39,847 bases of DNA from a virus (taxonomy: Duplodnaviria > Caudoviricetes), in the IMG/VR virus record IMGVR_UViG_3300017913_002205, positions 1-39,847 of that record. One strand, written 5' to 3'. The translations under genes were made by a program, and so were the position numbers. Shown here piece after piece: positions 10,198 through 20,043 of the stretch (position 1 is the stretch's first letter; each line of letters opens with the position of its first letter). The notes under the pieces were generated by a model. The model worked only from the letters and a program-made list of their open reading frames with translations. It was not told the DNA's origin and ran no database searches.

Positions 10198-11248
10198 GTC
10201 TTACTACCTTAAAGATGTTTTTATTATCGAATAATACAGTACTCCCATCGATAACAGATTTAATAAGCAGCCTGTAATGTCTTTCTGGTTGAAATGAATC
10301 CATGAATATATTAAAATAACTGCTTGTATTGTCAGCACTTATCTTAGTATAAACTGGGTCGAAATCTACGATCATTTCACCGCTAAACTCATCTTTTATT
10401 CCGTAGTAAGAATTTTCTGGTAACTTATATTCTGTTAGGTAGATAGAACCTGTAGTGTATGATCTAGCTGGATATTTAGGTCTTGCAGAAACTCTAAATC
10501 TAACAATATCACTATCTGAATACACTTCTTTGTTGTTCTTTATTGAAACAGTAGCTACATCTGTATCCAGTTCCGATAATGAACTAGCCCAGCTTACATC
10601 ATTATATTTAAATTCTAGATAAGGAGGAAATATTGTATTAGTATCAGCACTAAAGTACTTTAAACTTACCGATTGTGTGACATAGTTTTCGTATGCATCT
10701 TCTAACTTAAGTAAGATACCGTAGTTACTAAGACTTGAACTATAATGTGAATCTACAATATCAGTAACGTCAATATCTAAATCGTGATCAGATGTTAAGT
10801 CATTAGTTTTACTACCTGATACACTTGAAGTAATAAAATCTGCTCCTAAATTATCCCATGCATCTTGTCCAGCATTTCTGTATTTCCAGCTACAACCTGT
10901 CCTGTTTACAGGTGAATCAGCTCCTCTTCCGGTACCGTTAGTCCAAGATTGGGAAACTGGGTAAGCATAGATTGTATATGATTCTGGTAATTCACTTGCA
11001 TTGGCTAGCGAAAGGTGTATACTTGCTGAAATACTGCCAGTAATAATGTTATTAACTGCATGAGTAATATCAGTTTGTTTAAACTGAATAAGTGTTCTGT
11101 TGCTTCTCCCTATTGCAGGGTCAGATGGATCAGGGTAACCAGCTACCTCAACTATTTCGTCAAGTCCAGCGTTACCGTACAAACCAGCAGTAGTTGGTGT
11201 ACTGTTTATAAACGTATCTTTTTCGGGATATACTCTATATACTGCCAT
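10190..11248 (-). CDS. Virion protein with DNRLRE-like domain
   Basis: KDTFI...NAG...RTLIQF...WTNG...NYGILLK pattern resembles DNRLRE/disaggregatase-related beta-sandwich domains. Confidence 0.5.
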   Translation of the reverse strand: MAVYRVYPEKDTFINSTPTTAGLYGNAGLDEIVEVAGYPDPSDPAIGRSNRTLIQFKQTDITHAVNNIITGSISASIHLSLANASELPESYTIYAYPVSQSWTNGTGRGADSPVNRTGCSWKYRNAGQDAWDNLGADFITSSVSGSKTNDLTSDHDLDIDVTDIVDSHYSSSLSNYGILLKLEDAYENYVTQSVSLKYFSADTNTIFPPYLEFKYNDVSWASSLSELDTDVATVSIKNNKEVYSDSDIVRFRVSARPKYPARSYTTGSIYLTEYKLPENSYYGIKDEFSGEMIVDFDPVYTKISADNTSSYFNIFMDSFQPERHYRLLIKSVIDGSTVLFDNKNIFKVVRHG

Positions 11249-11249
11249 C

Positions 11250-13073
11250 TTATATTGCTGTTACTCTACCTTTAATGTCTAAATCAGGATACTTTACTTC
11301 AAATATACATGGATCATATGAAGGGTAAACTACTCCATCTTTTGTAGCTCCTTCAGTATCGTATGCATATTGAGAGTAATTACCTCCTGCTTTATTAGAA
11401 ATTACTATATTTTTAACTGTCTGTACACCTTTAACTCTGTCTAATATAGTACCTACTTCTGAAAGGTTGATAGGTTGGTTAATGTTTCTTTTTGCTGTAG
11501 CAAAGTATTTTTTAAGTTCTTCAGTACACCTTGTAAGTACCTCTCTTGCTGCATAATTAGGTAGTGTTAGTACCTCATATTTTACTTCAATATTTACTAT
11601 AAATGCATCTTTAATATCTAATGCGTCTGTGAGCATCATATATTGAGATAGGTACTTTTTAAGGTTATCTTTTAACGTAGAAGGAGCATTTTGTAATTTA
11701 CCATCTACATCGTACGATAACACATAAAGAGATAAAGCTAATGGATTTTTATCTAATACACTTCTATCGGAATTAGCAAGTTGCTCTCTAGTAACAAATG
11801 CTTTGGCAATAGCTCCAAACTGTGTTGGCATGGATAAAGCTCTTACTGTATAATCATCAGCAGTAACTGTACGTTGCTGTTCTGAGAATGAACGTAAAGA
11901 ATTTTGTCTTAATTCATCCACCGTATCACCGTCTTTACCACCTGATGCAGCTGATGGATTATTAACTGCTAATGTGCTTTCTTTAGAAGTGTCTGTTGCA
12001 GTTATAGTACCTAAATTAGTTTTGTTTATAATACTATTTGCAGGTACGTTTGAACTTACACCTCCACCTGTTAGGTATCTAATAGTAAGTGTAGTGTTAC
12101 TTGGAGCTAATCCATATGTTCTAGTAAATAATACATTAGAAGGGTCGTAAGCAACATCTAGTTTGTTAACGTGATATGCAGTTGTATATTTTTCAATATT
12201 AGAAGGGTCAGGTAAAAACTCTTCATCTCTTGCATCGGTAATACCAGAACCAAATTGTATCTGCATCACCCCTGTTGAAGTAAATCTACTAATAAACCTT
12301 CTTGGTACTCTTTGTAACTGTAAAGTGCTTTGCACTAACTCATTGTATGAGCTAGCATTATTTTGTTCTACAAATATAGTATCTTGAGCTAAATAAGGTA
12401 CTTCGTGGTAAATGTTTCCATCACTATCTGTAATATCCAATACTCTTAAAATATTTTCATCTTCTAAAGTAATAGTCTTGAACCTTTCAGCTGATCCAAT
12501 TGCTACTTCTTTAGTATTAAGTGTAGCTGAGTATGCCTTACGTGTCTTTTTTAACTTAAACTGTGAAGGTAGGTTTGTTCCAGAGTCTATTGTTTCAATA
12601 GTAATTTCAGTAGGGTCAAAAGAACTACTAAAACTAAAGTCAATAGCATCATCTACTATAAATGTTGTGTCGTTTGCATCATTTGCTCCTACTATAGCCC
12701 CTCCGGAAACAAATAGTGCTTGATCGTAGTCAGGTATTTCACCTCCTGTTACAGGGTCAACTAATTGAGTAAACTCTAACTCAACTTCTGATGCTGTAGT
12801 AACTCTAGGTCTATAACCCATCATATACGCTAACGTATAAAGATTTTGAGGATTTTGAGCATGCTGTAAGAATGTCTCTTGAAGCTGTGTGTCCTGATAG
12901 AATGAAAGTACATCTCCTAAATAAGATGCCATTTCTATGAACATCATACCTGGAGAGGTAGCTGAAAAGTCATTATATGTGTCAGGAAAGTACTGTTTAG
13001 AAAACTCAATTAACTGAGACCTAAAATCAGAAAACTCCCGATTGATATACTTTATATCTCTTTGCTCAGCCAT
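11250..13073 (-). CDS. Baseplate wedge subunit (T4 gp6/Baseplate J-like)
   Basis: N-terminal REFSDFRSQLIEFSKQYFPDTYNDFSATSPGMMFIEMASYLGDVLSFY, plus ASGGKDGDTVDELR and QQRTVTADDY motifs. Confidence 0.85.
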   Translation of the reverse strand: MAEQRDIKYINREFSDFRSQLIEFSKQYFPDTYNDFSATSPGMMFIEMASYLGDVLSFYQDTQLQETFLQHAQNPQNLYTLAYMMGYRPRVTTASEVELEFTQLVDPVTGGEIPDYDQALFVSGGAIVGANDANDTTFIVDDAIDFSFSSSFDPTEITIETIDSGTNLPSQFKLKKTRKAYSATLNTKEVAIGSAERFKTITLEDENILRVLDITDSDGNIYHEVPYLAQDTIFVEQNNASSYNELVQSTLQLQRVPRRFISRFTSTGVMQIQFGSGITDARDEEFLPDPSNIEKYTTAYHVNKLDVAYDPSNVLFTRTYGLAPSNTTLTIRYLTGGGVSSNVPANSIINKTNLGTITATDTSKESTLAVNNPSAASGGKDGDTVDELRQNSLRSFSEQQRTVTADDYTVRALSMPTQFGAIAKAFVTREQLANSDRSVLDKNPLALSLYVLSYDVDGKLQNAPSTLKDNLKKYLSQYMMLTDALDIKDAFIVNIEVKYEVLTLPNYAAREVLTRCTEELKKYFATAKRNINQPINLSEVGTILDRVKGVQTVKNIVISNKAGGNYSQYAYDTEGATKDGVVYPSYDPCIFEVKYPDLDIKGRVTAI

Positions 13074-13483
13074 TATTGTTCAAAATTTATTACAAGTTCG
13101 TCTTCTATGTTGGTATCTGAAACTTTGTACGACATGCTGAATTGTACTGAGTTTCTATCTGGATCACCAACTGTTTCTATATTCACAACTTCCACTCTTG
13201 GAAAATAAAACTCTAAATCTGCTCTTATTATAGCATCTATTTGAGTTACTTTATTTTGAGTAAGATTTTCAAATAATAGGTTTTGTAAATCGTTACCAAA
13301 AAGAGGGTTTAAATATCTCTCACCTTTAGCAGTGAGAAAGTAATTAATTAAATTATTTTTTATAGCTTCAGCAGAGGTATAGGTAGAGTTAAACACTGCT
13401 CTACCAGATAATGGTAGCTTTACACCTATTGCTTTTCTAGGTTGTAAATCTAACGGATCAATCTTTTTTACCTCAAATGGCAT
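13073..13483 (-). CDS. Baseplate wedge protein, gp25/GPW family
   Basis: IKNNLINYFLTAKGERYLNPLFGNDLQNLLFE...FPRV is the classic gp25 signature, and it lies directly upstream of the gp6-like gene. Confidence 0.85.
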   Translation of the reverse strand: MPFEVKKIDPLDLQPRKAIGVKLPLSGRAVFNSTYTSAEAIKNNLINYFLTAKGERYLNPLFGNDLQNLLFENLTQNKVTQIDAIIRADLEFYFPRVEVVNIETVGDPDRNSVQFSMSYKVSDTNIEDELVINFEQ

Positions 13484-13484
13484 A

Positions 13485-13907
13485 TTATCCTATCCTAGCT
13501 TTAGTTTTTTTATCTGCTAAATCTAATACTGATTTTGCTTTTTGAACAAAGTCGAGTTTAGATATATCTAGTCCAGGCATAGGTCCAGAATTTTCTGTTA
13601 ATCCCATATTACCTGCCATTGATGTAGCAAAATTTGGTTTAGTAACGTTACCAGCACCGGCAAAATTCTTAGCATCATCTCCAGACATAGTCGCAGCAGT
13701 TTGCTGTAACATTTCATCTAAAGTTGCAGATTTACCTGTAGACCATTTTTTTGGTTGATCTTTAGGTACTTCTTTATATAGATTAGTTGGTTGAGGTGCC
13801 GGAGCTGAAGCATATTTTACTGCTTCATTCATTACTTCTTGTAACTCCTCCTTAACAGCAGCTCGAACCTCTTCTCGTATAATTTTACGTAGTTGATTCA
13901 GTTTCAT
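13485..13907 (-). CDS. Hypothetical late protein
   Basis: Amphipathic N-terminus MKLNQLRKIIREEVRAAVKEEL, with the late-type motif immediately upstream. Confidence 0.65.
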   Translation of the reverse strand: MKLNQLRKIIREEVRAAVKEELQEVMNEAVKYASAPAPQPTNLYKEVPKDQPKKWSTGKSATLDEMLQQTAATMSGDDAKNFAGAGNVTKPNFATSMAGNMGLTENSGPMPGLDISKLDFVQKAKSVLDLADKKTKARIG

Positions 13908-13910
13908 ATA

Positions 13911-13918
13911 TATAAATA
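13911..13918 (-). promoter_or_regulatory. Putative late promoter core TATTTATA
   Basis: CTATTTATATATATG directly abuts the start codon at 13907. Confidence 0.5.
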
Positions 13919-13924
13919 GTTAAG

Positions 13925-14989
13925 TTAAGAAAGTTGATTATCGATTCTAAATTTTAATTCGTCTAAAAGTATTTTAGTAGAAGAGCTGAAAGATTTAGGT
14001 CCTTTTAAGATTTCAACACCTGTTTTATCAATTGCAACTGCAAATCTTCTAGGAGCGATAGCAGGAGACTTAGGATCTACTTTTATCTCTAGTTTGTATA
14101 TTTCTCCATTCGGTGCTGTATAGAATGAATCTGCTGATGTAGCTCTTTCAGCGTCAGGGGTGGTTGTTAAAGTGTCTAAAAAACCTTTTATGTTTTCTTT
14201 TACATCATCTGATATTTCACCACTTCCGTTAAGTTTATCTAATGAACCAAGAAGTTGAGAATTAGCATCTTTTTCTAGTTGACCTCTATCTTGTTGGTTT
14301 TCGTTGAAGTTTGTGTATTCTGTTATATTACCTGAGTTATCAAAAGTAAGGCCATCAAAAAGGTTGACACCTATATTCGAAAAAATATACTCTCCGTCAG
14401 CATTGATAATGTTAAGGTCTCTTAAAGTCTGTTCTCTTAACCTACCTTCATTTACCTCTCTTCTCAAAATACCTTCTAATCTACACCCGTTTACAACAGT
14501 AGACACTCTTCCCAAAAGTCTAGAGTACATCGATAGGTTAGCTTGAGGTGTCTGCATGATAGCTATTATTCCGTCTGCATCATCTTTACCTTGTTTTATT
14601 TTTTCTTTTGCAGCGTGTAGTAAATCTGCTTGAATCATTGAGAATGCTACCGGTAAACCAAATCCAGGTGGTACCGATTGAGGAATAGGTAACTTCTTTA
14701 TAATTGCAAGAATTACTTCTATAGCTTTAATAAGGTCTCTAATAGTTTTAGCTAATCTACTAAATTTTGAAACCCTTCTTTCAATACCACTTATATTAGA
14801 AGTTACTGCGTTTATTCTGTTAGATAGTCTTTGAGTTTGAGGTAAACTAGGGCAAGCCTCTCTTCTTACCTTTTGTATAGCATCGGTTACTAAATCTTGA
14901 ACTTTATCACCCAGTTGTCCTTGCAAATCACCAACTTGTTTAGCGATAGCTCCTGTAATCTTAGATTCTGGTATATTAACGTAAGGCAT
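13925..14989 (-). CDS. Hypothetical virion-module protein
   Basis: 354-aa mostly helical ORF with a hydrophobic PIPQSVPPGFGLP segment, between gp5-like and gp25-like genes. Confidence 0.6.
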   Translation of the reverse strand: MPYVNIPESKITGAIAKQVGDLQGQLGDKVQDLVTDAIQKVRREACPSLPQTQRLSNRINAVTSNISGIERRVSKFSRLAKTIRDLIKAIEVILAIIKKLPIPQSVPPGFGLPVAFSMIQADLLHAAKEKIKQGKDDADGIIAIMQTPQANLSMYSRLLGRVSTVVNGCRLEGILRREVNEGRLREQTLRDLNIINADGEYIFSNIGVNLFDGLTFDNSGNITEYTNFNENQQDRGQLEKDANSQLLGSLDKLNGSGEISDDVKENIKGFLDTLTTTPDAERATSADSFYTAPNGEIYKLEIKVDPKSPAIAPRRFAVAIDKTGVEILKGPKSFSSSTKILLDELKFRIDNQLS

Positions 14990-16134
14990 TACTCAGTAAA
15001 TACTTTTTTAGATGATAAAAGTTTTATTCTAGTTTTTAACGCTTTTATACTTGGTATAAGAGCATTGGATGTTGCTACAGCAGCGGCAACATATGCCGGG
15101 GGTGGACCTGGTTTAGAAAGTGTCTGCAGAAGTGTATCTAAATTATCAACCAAAGATGTTAACCAATCTTGAGTTGTTTGTCCTTTAAGTACCGGTTCAT
15201 CTTCTCTATTTAAAGCTGCGGTACCTAAATATATCTTTTTACCATCTAAAGAAACCATATCATCTCCATCCATATGTATCTCTTTTGATGCTAAACCTAT
15301 GTAACTATCTGCTGCAATAAATGCTCCTTCTTCTTTAGCATTAAAAAATAACCTACCACCATTAATCACTACTTGATCTCCTTTATAAACACCTGCTAAG
15401 TCAGCTGGTTTCTTCCAAGAATTAACCGTAGTGTTAGCTTCGTCTAAAGGTACCGAATGGTCTGATACCATATAGATGGAAGAACCATCCTCATTAATAT
15501 CTTCTGATGATAGTGAAGTACCATCATCTGGTTCTTTCATATTGTTTTTTACAATAATAAAAGGTTTACCATTATCAGAATCTTCAGTTATGGTATTAAA
15601 CTTATGCTTAGTACCTCCAAATCTTATTGTATTACCATGTCTACCTGATATTAAAACGTCACCAGGGTAGGTTTGTAAAGGAGCTACTTTATCTGTTTCT
15701 TCGAAATCACCACCAAGGTCAACTTTACCTGTACCATCTTGTAAGGTATCTGGATAAGCATTATGGTTGGGGTGGTTCCAAATATTAACTGCAGATAACC
15801 AGTAGTTTTTAGTTGCTAGAGAACTAACGTCTCTATTTTCTGATGGTAAAGATACTATTATTACTATCTCGTTTTTTAGAGGCATTCTTATAAGGTGAGA
15901 ATCACCACAATATGCAAAAGGTAAAACACTCTCTTCATCTTGTGATACAGCAGAACCTAACTCTCTAAACAACACTCCGTTTATAGCTTGTGATCTACCA
16001 AATCTATCCCAGTAGTCACTAGATTCATCCAACACAACGTCTACAACTCTTCCGAAACGAAAGGTTGGTGGTGTTCCTATACCTATAGCATTACCTACAG
16101 ATCTAGCAAGAATACTTCCTCCAAAATTAAACAT
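14989..16134 (-). CDS. Baseplate hub/spike protein (gp5/gpV-like)
   Basis: OB-fold-like N-terminus (GRVVDV...MPLKNEIV), GDVLISGRHGNTIRFG beta-repeat, KIYLG...EPVLKG C-terminal motif. Confidence 0.6.
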   Translation of the reverse strand: MFNFGGSILARSVGNAIGIGTPPTFRFGRVVDVVLDESSDYWDRFGRSQAINGVLFRELGSAVSQDEESVLPFAYCGDSHLIRMPLKNEIVIIVSLPSENRDVSSLATKNYWLSAVNIWNHPNHNAYPDTLQDGTGKVDLGGDFEETDKVAPLQTYPGDVLISGRHGNTIRFGGTKHKFNTITEDSDNGKPFIIVKNNMKEPDDGTSLSSEDINEDGSSIYMVSDHSVPLDEANTTVNSWKKPADLAGVYKGDQVVINGGRLFFNAKEEGAFIAADSYIGLASKEIHMDGDDMVSLDGKKIYLGTAALNREDEPVLKGQTTQDWLTSLVDNLDTLLQTLSKPGPPPAYVAAAVATSNALIPSIKALKTRIKLLSSKKVFTE

Positions 16135-16498
16135 CCTCTTCGGTGTCTTTGTTTTCTATTTCATCTAACTTCTCTTCAACAGCATCCTGTTCTTCAAGTA
16201 AATCTTGTAATTCAGAAAAGTCAAACATATCTCCACCTTCACCTTTAGCGTTAGCAGATTCTATTCTCTGAACGATGGTAGCTAATTTTATAAGAGCTTC
16301 ATCGTTCTTTACTCCTATTTCCATGTACTCTTTTATCATAGGAACAATAAGAGTAGCATCTCCTATATTTTCTATAAGAGGTTTTAGTTCACCTATCAGA
16401 CCTTTTACTTGAGCTCTAGTATTAGAGGAATTGGTGTGTATTTCAGAAAAAAGATCGGATAAAGTCTTTCCGTCAAATATTTCTTTATCTAAACTCAT
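16127..16498 (-). CDS. Conserved phage hypothetical protein
   Basis: 123-aa helical ORF with acidic tail, preceded by the late-type motif. Confidence 0.65.
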   Translation of the reverse strand: MSLDKEIFDGKTLSDLFSEIHTNSSNTRAQVKGLIGELKPLIENIGDATLIVPMIKEYMEIGVKNDEALIKLATIVQRIESANAKGEGGDMFDFSELQDLLEEQDAVEEKLDEIENKDTEEDV

Positions 16499-16511
16499 TA
16501 GTTTTATTTTA

Positions 16512-16519
16512 TATAAATA
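16512..16519 (-). promoter_or_regulatory. Putative late promoter core TATTTATA
   Basis: In a 23-bp gap at the head of the structural module. Confidence 0.5.
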
Positions 16520-16521
16520 GA

Positions 16522-17235
16522 CTAACGTAATTTATTGACGATATGACCGTTTTCGTATAGCTTTAAATACTTTGAATAAAAGTCTTCTTTCAATACATTT
16601 ACTACTCTTGTCAGTAAGGGTGTTTCACAGTTGGTAATTTCTCTTATATAAATGTATAAAGCTTTCTTTCTAAATATCTCTATGTCGTTTCTAGTCTTAA
16701 ATATAGTTAAAACTGCATCTGCAATTTTCTTTTCTATTTCTTTTACAAACATTTCATCAAGATCGTCGTACATTTCAACAACCCATCTGTCGATAAATTG
16801 ACCTAAAGTAATAGTATGACCTGATTCGTCATTTTCTAACATGGAATCATCATCGTAAGACTCTTCTATATCGGAAAACGAACCTATCTTTTTAAGTTTC
16901 TTATAGTTTTTATTGTTGTAATTAATTAACCACCTTTTGACAATAGTACCAAAGTAAGAATACGCTTTTGCACCGTTTGTAGGGTCAAACTTCATAATCT
17001 TTTGCTCTAGTAAAATAGAAACTATTTCATGTTTAAGATTTTCTATCTGATCCACATCTGTATAGTAGAACTTAAACGTATGAATAATGTTTTCTGCTAG
17101 TTTATAAAAAGGGAAGTAAATGTGTTCAGTAAAGATCTTGTTTCTATACTGGTCGTCTGTTGAATTATTATACCTAACTATGTACTCTTCTGTCTCTTTT
17201 GTAAAATAGTTAGCTTTGCTCTTCTTTCTGGGCAT
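16522..17235 (-). CDS. Phage RNA polymerase sigma factor, gp55-like (putative late sigma)
   Basis: Basic N-terminus followed by NYF. KFDPTNGAKAYSYFGTIVKRWLINY resembles the sigma region 2 segment (FDP...F.YF..I) of T4 gp55-like proteins. Confidence 0.6.
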   Translation of the reverse strand: MPRKKSKANYFTKETEEYIVRYNNSTDDQYRNKIFTEHIYFPFYKLAENIIHTFKFYYTDVDQIENLKHEIVSILLEQKIMKFDPTNGAKAYSYFGTIVKRWLINYNNKNYKKLKKIGSFSDIEESYDDDSMLENDESGHTITLGQFIDRWVVEMYDDLDEMFVKEIEKKIADAVLTIFKTRNDIEIFRKKALYIYIREITNCETPLLTRVVNVLKEDFYSKYLKLYENGHIVNKLR

Positions 17236-17518
17236 TAGTAAATCGGTTTAACTGTTCTTGAACAGCTTTCATTTGTTCGAAAAAATAACCGACCTCGTCA
17301 TCTGACTGAAAAACCCCACGTTCGTCTAGTTGATTAAGGTGCATTTGTGAATCTACTATAGTTTCTTGTACTTCTTGTAGAGTATCTTGTAAATTCTCTA
17401 CTCTATCCTCATATTTTTCCACTTTCAATAGTAGATTTCTTAAAATGTAAGTAAAAATTATTAGGACAACAACTAAAATTGTTATTATTACGTTATATGC
17501 GGTAAAAATTGACGACAT
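17210..17518 (-). CDS. Membrane-anchored coiled-coil protein
   Basis: N-terminal transmembrane segment VIITILVVVLIIFTYIL followed by heptad repeats. Confidence 0.65.
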   Translation of the reverse strand: MSSIFTAYNVIITILVVVLIIFTYILRNLLLKVEKYEDRVENLQDTLQEVQETIVDSQMHLNQLDERGVFQSDDEVGYFFEQMKAVQEQLNRFTNAQKEEQS

Positions 17519-18252
17519 TATAGATTTTTAAGAGTTTTTGCAAGTCCATCCGATGCATTTACACGTCTTCCTGTTGAGGATTGTGTCTTCACAACTTTAG
17601 AAGTAGTGGAACCACCGTTTCTTTTCCAAATATCGTATTCTGCTTTAGAAGCTAGAAAGTCTGCACTGTGTAGTACTGAGATTAAGCTTGTTTTTTGACG
17701 AGAACTCTCTTGATAACTGAAGAAATATGATTTATTAGCTTCATCAAACACACCATCATGTAATCTGATACCTAAAAATTCTTTTTGACTTACTGGAATA
17801 CCGAATTTCTGTAAAATAAACAACGATCTATCAGGAATTAACATAAACTGAAGATCTGGATTAGGTGTATACATTTCGGATAACTTATCTTGACGCCATT
17901 TATCTGTTTGAGGTAAGTAATTTGGTGATTCTCCATCACCTAGTTTACCTAAATCGTGAAATAATGCGGCAAAGACAAGCTCTTCTATGGTGTAATCAAT
18001 TGTTCCACCCATCTCCTCGTATAACCTCGACTGCTTTACCGCATATTCCACAACCCTATTTACGTGATCGACATAACCACCTTGGAATGCATTATGATAC
18101 CATGTCTTTGCACTAGCAGGAGCTAAAGCATACTCTTCTTGGAATGAATCTATCATAGATAAAACCTTATCCTTACGGTTGGTAATATAGGTTTCGACTA
18201 TTTTTAAGTGCTTTTCGTAGTTTTTTTGGATTTGCTCCTTAGTCAATGACAT
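17518..18252 (-). CDS. HD-domain phosphohydrolase (YhaM/Cbf1-like catalytic domain)
   Basis: PASAKTWYHNAFQGGYVDH, ALFHDLGK, IRLHDG and LHSAD metal-binding motifs. Confidence 0.8.
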   Translation of the reverse strand: MSLTKEQIQKNYEKHLKIVETYITNRKDKVLSMIDSFQEEYALAPASAKTWYHNAFQGGYVDHVNRVVEYAVKQSRLYEEMGGTIDYTIEELVFAALFHDLGKLGDGESPNYLPQTDKWRQDKLSEMYTPNPDLQFMLIPDRSLFILQKFGIPVSQKEFLGIRLHDGVFDEANKSYFFSYQESSRQKTSLISVLHSADFLASKAEYDIWKRNGGSTTSKVVKTQSSTGRRVNASDGLAKTLKNL

Positions 18253-18259
18253 ATTAGAT

Positions 18260-18345
18260 TAATTTTATTGATTTATTATATATATTTATATACTTATATA
18301 TTATATCTTATTATATATTTATATATTTCTATAATAATATAAATT
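18260..18345. repeat. TA-rich low-complexity tract
   Basis: Almost entirely A/T, with imperfect TATATT/TATACTT units. TATACTTATAT also occurs twice at about 21137-21163. Confidence 0.6.
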
Positions 18346-18375
18346 AAGATAATGATTATTTTTCAAAGTATCAAC
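18344..18375 (-). promoter_or_regulatory. Putative host-sigma-type promoter GTTG-N20-TATCTTAA
   Basis: One of 12 copies with an exact 20-nt spacer, upstream of the HD gene. Confidence 0.6.
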
Positions 18376-18426
18376 TCTTTTATGGAGTTTTTTTGGGTTT
18401 AGGTGTTTTATCCCTTTTATCGCCGC

Positions 18427-18458
18427 CGCGAAAAGCGCAAGTCGCATCGCGAGTTTTT
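18427..18458 (+). terminator. GC-rich hairpin followed by a T-tract (possible intrinsic terminator)
   Basis: CGCGA(18427-31) pairs with TCGCG(18447-51), with an inner GCG/CGC stem and TTTTT downstream. It is a GC island in AT-rich DNA. Confidence 0.3.
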
Positions 18459-18460
18459 GT

Positions 18461-18988
18461 TTATTCGTCATCTACCATCTTATATGGTTCACCAATCTTT
18501 TCGATAACACTTATGGCTTGTTCAACGGTCATATTAAAGAACTCTTTCTTTTTATTGGTTCTATTACCAAGTGAGGACTCTAAATAAGCATGTATTTCTT
18601 TCTCTAGATCATGAGCATTAAAGCATGGGTATTGATACTCAACCTTAAAGTCTAACGGAACACCGGTAGCCGCATTAATCTGCTTTACTCTATGAGACGG
18701 TTTATTCTTAGTAAAGCCTATCTTAACGAGACCCGGCATAGTATCATTAGTGAGTATATAGATATATTGAGCGTTAGTAAGGCCTTTAGGTACTACTATA
18801 TGCCTGGATCGATTTGTATAGTAAGTAACATCTTCCCAACCATCTTCAGCTTTATATTGTTCAGATTTAGAAGGAGTTAAAGTGAAGTAATGAGCTGGAG
18901 TGTTTAATTGATCGTCTTCTACAGATATAAAGCTTTCAGCTTGTTCTGGAGTAATACGGGAGACTTTGATTACATCTTCTTTAGCCAT
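18461..18988 (-). CDS. GIY-YIG nuclease, T5orf172-like domain
   Basis: YIYILTNDTMPGLVKIGFT...RVKQINAATGVP...LEKEIHAYL...KEFF. Confidence 0.8.
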   Translation of the reverse strand: MAKEDVIKVSRITPEQAESFISVEDDQLNTPAHYFTLTPSKSEQYKAEDGWEDVTYYTNRSRHIVVPKGLTNAQYIYILTNDTMPGLVKIGFTKNKPSHRVKQINAATGVPLDFKVEYQYPCFNAHDLEKEIHAYLESSLGNRTNKKKEFFNMTVEQAISVIEKIGEPYKMVDDE

Positions 18989-19491
18989 TAGAATAACTTT
19001 AATTGATTATCTTCAGACTTCTTTTCTAGCTTATATACAGACTCTACTTTACGAGTAGGTAAGAACCTATTACTACCCCAATCTAATACTTCTCCATCTT
19101 TAATAGTTAGAGCATGCTTGGCAACCATCACCATATAGGTACCTTTAGGATGATCTTGTATAAAAGACTTAAGAGTTTTCTTTCTCCATACAGTCTCTCC
19201 ATATAACTTATATTTGTTCTTAGTATGAGTTTTACCTAAGGCTGTAACTTTAAACTTATTACCGCCTATCTCTAAACCTTTCTCTTCATACTTAAGCATA
19301 TTAGCTACTATATTAACATTAGGAGTACCTTTCTTATCCGGTCTACCAAAAGTTTCTTTAGCCATCTCATGAGCAGTTTCATAAGCACTACCGGTTGCAA
19401 CTGCTAATGCTCTAACAAAACAGTCATTCTTTTCATTCTTTGCAAGATCCGAATTGAAGGTCGAATAAGCCTTATTTACATCTAAATACAT
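18988..19491 (-). CDS. Hypothetical protein, possible Cys-His peptidase-like fold
   Basis: NDCFVRALAVATG N-terminal helix and HALTIKDGEVLD. Confidence 0.55.
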   Translation of the reverse strand: MYLDVNKAYSTFNSDLAKNEKNDCFVRALAVATGSAYETAHEMAKETFGRPDKKGTPNVNIVANMLKYEEKGLEIGGNKFKVTALGKTHTKNKYKLYGETVWRKKTLKSFIQDHPKGTYMVMVAKHALTIKDGEVLDWGSNRFLPTRKVESVYKLEKKSEDNQLKLF

Positions 19492-19513
19492 AACCTTTAT
19501 TAATTATTATACC

Positions 19514-19545
19514 TTAATATAGGTACTTTATATCAAACTACCAAC
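19514..19545 (-). promoter_or_regulatory. Promoter GTTG-N20-TATATTAA
   Basis: Exact motif, followed by ATAAAGGTTATG at the 19491 start. Confidence 0.75.
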
Positions 19546-19959
19546 TTTTGCGTTACTTTTTTTTAGTAAGTCAACGTATTTTACTATAATAGCACATTTC
19601 TCATATTGCTCTATTCTTTCATAGTAGTAAAGGTAGTCTTCTAAAGCAGCTATAGCATGAGTAAGTTCGTAAGAATCACCTATCTCAAATTGTATCTCAT
19701 CTATATTGATACGTTTTAAATACTTCAATAGGTTATTGTAATATTTGTACTTAACTGCTTTACGAGCTTGCTTGTATCTTTCTGGGTATTGACGCATATA
19801 CATCATATCCATTAATCTATAATTTTCCAATCCCCTTACTACCATGTTAACAAGCACATAAGGATTGTTCATAGTATCTTCAATACCATGCTCTTTATAG
19901 ATCTCTTCATCTCCTTGTTCGAAGATAGAAAATAGTGTATGTGGATCGAGCTTGCTCAT
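19528..19959 (-). CDS. Hypothetical protein with C-terminal UVR-like motif
   Basis: YERIEQYEKCAII resembles a UvrB/C interaction motif. Start placed at MSKLDPH (19959) because GCCTATATTTATT lies just upstream and the longer start would overlap the divergent promoter. Confidence 0.6.
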   Translation of the reverse strand: MSKLDPHTLFSIFEQGDEEIYKEHGIEDTMNNPYVLVNMVVRGLENYRLMDMMYMRQYPERYKQARKAVKYKYYNNLLKYLKRINIDEIQFEIGDSYELTHAIAALEDYLYYYERIEQYEKCAIIVKYVDLLKKSNAKVGSLI

Positions 19960-20007
19960 CAATAATAAATATAGGCAAAAATCTCCCGAATTTTTTCCCT
20001 TAGGATA

Positions 20008-20039
20008 GTTGGTGTTCTTACCAAAAAGTTCTATATTAA
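20008..20039 (+). promoter_or_regulatory. Promoter GTTG-N20-TATATTAA (only plus-strand copy seen)
   Basis: Exact 20-nt spacer. It ends 4 nt before the ATG at 20044. Confidence 0.7.
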
Positions 20040-20043
20040 ATAT

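Noticed and set aside
5918-16519. T4-type late promoters TATAAATA on the plus strand
   Set aside because: In that orientation they point away from the adjacent start codons. They are treated as a coding-strand TATTTATA motif instead.
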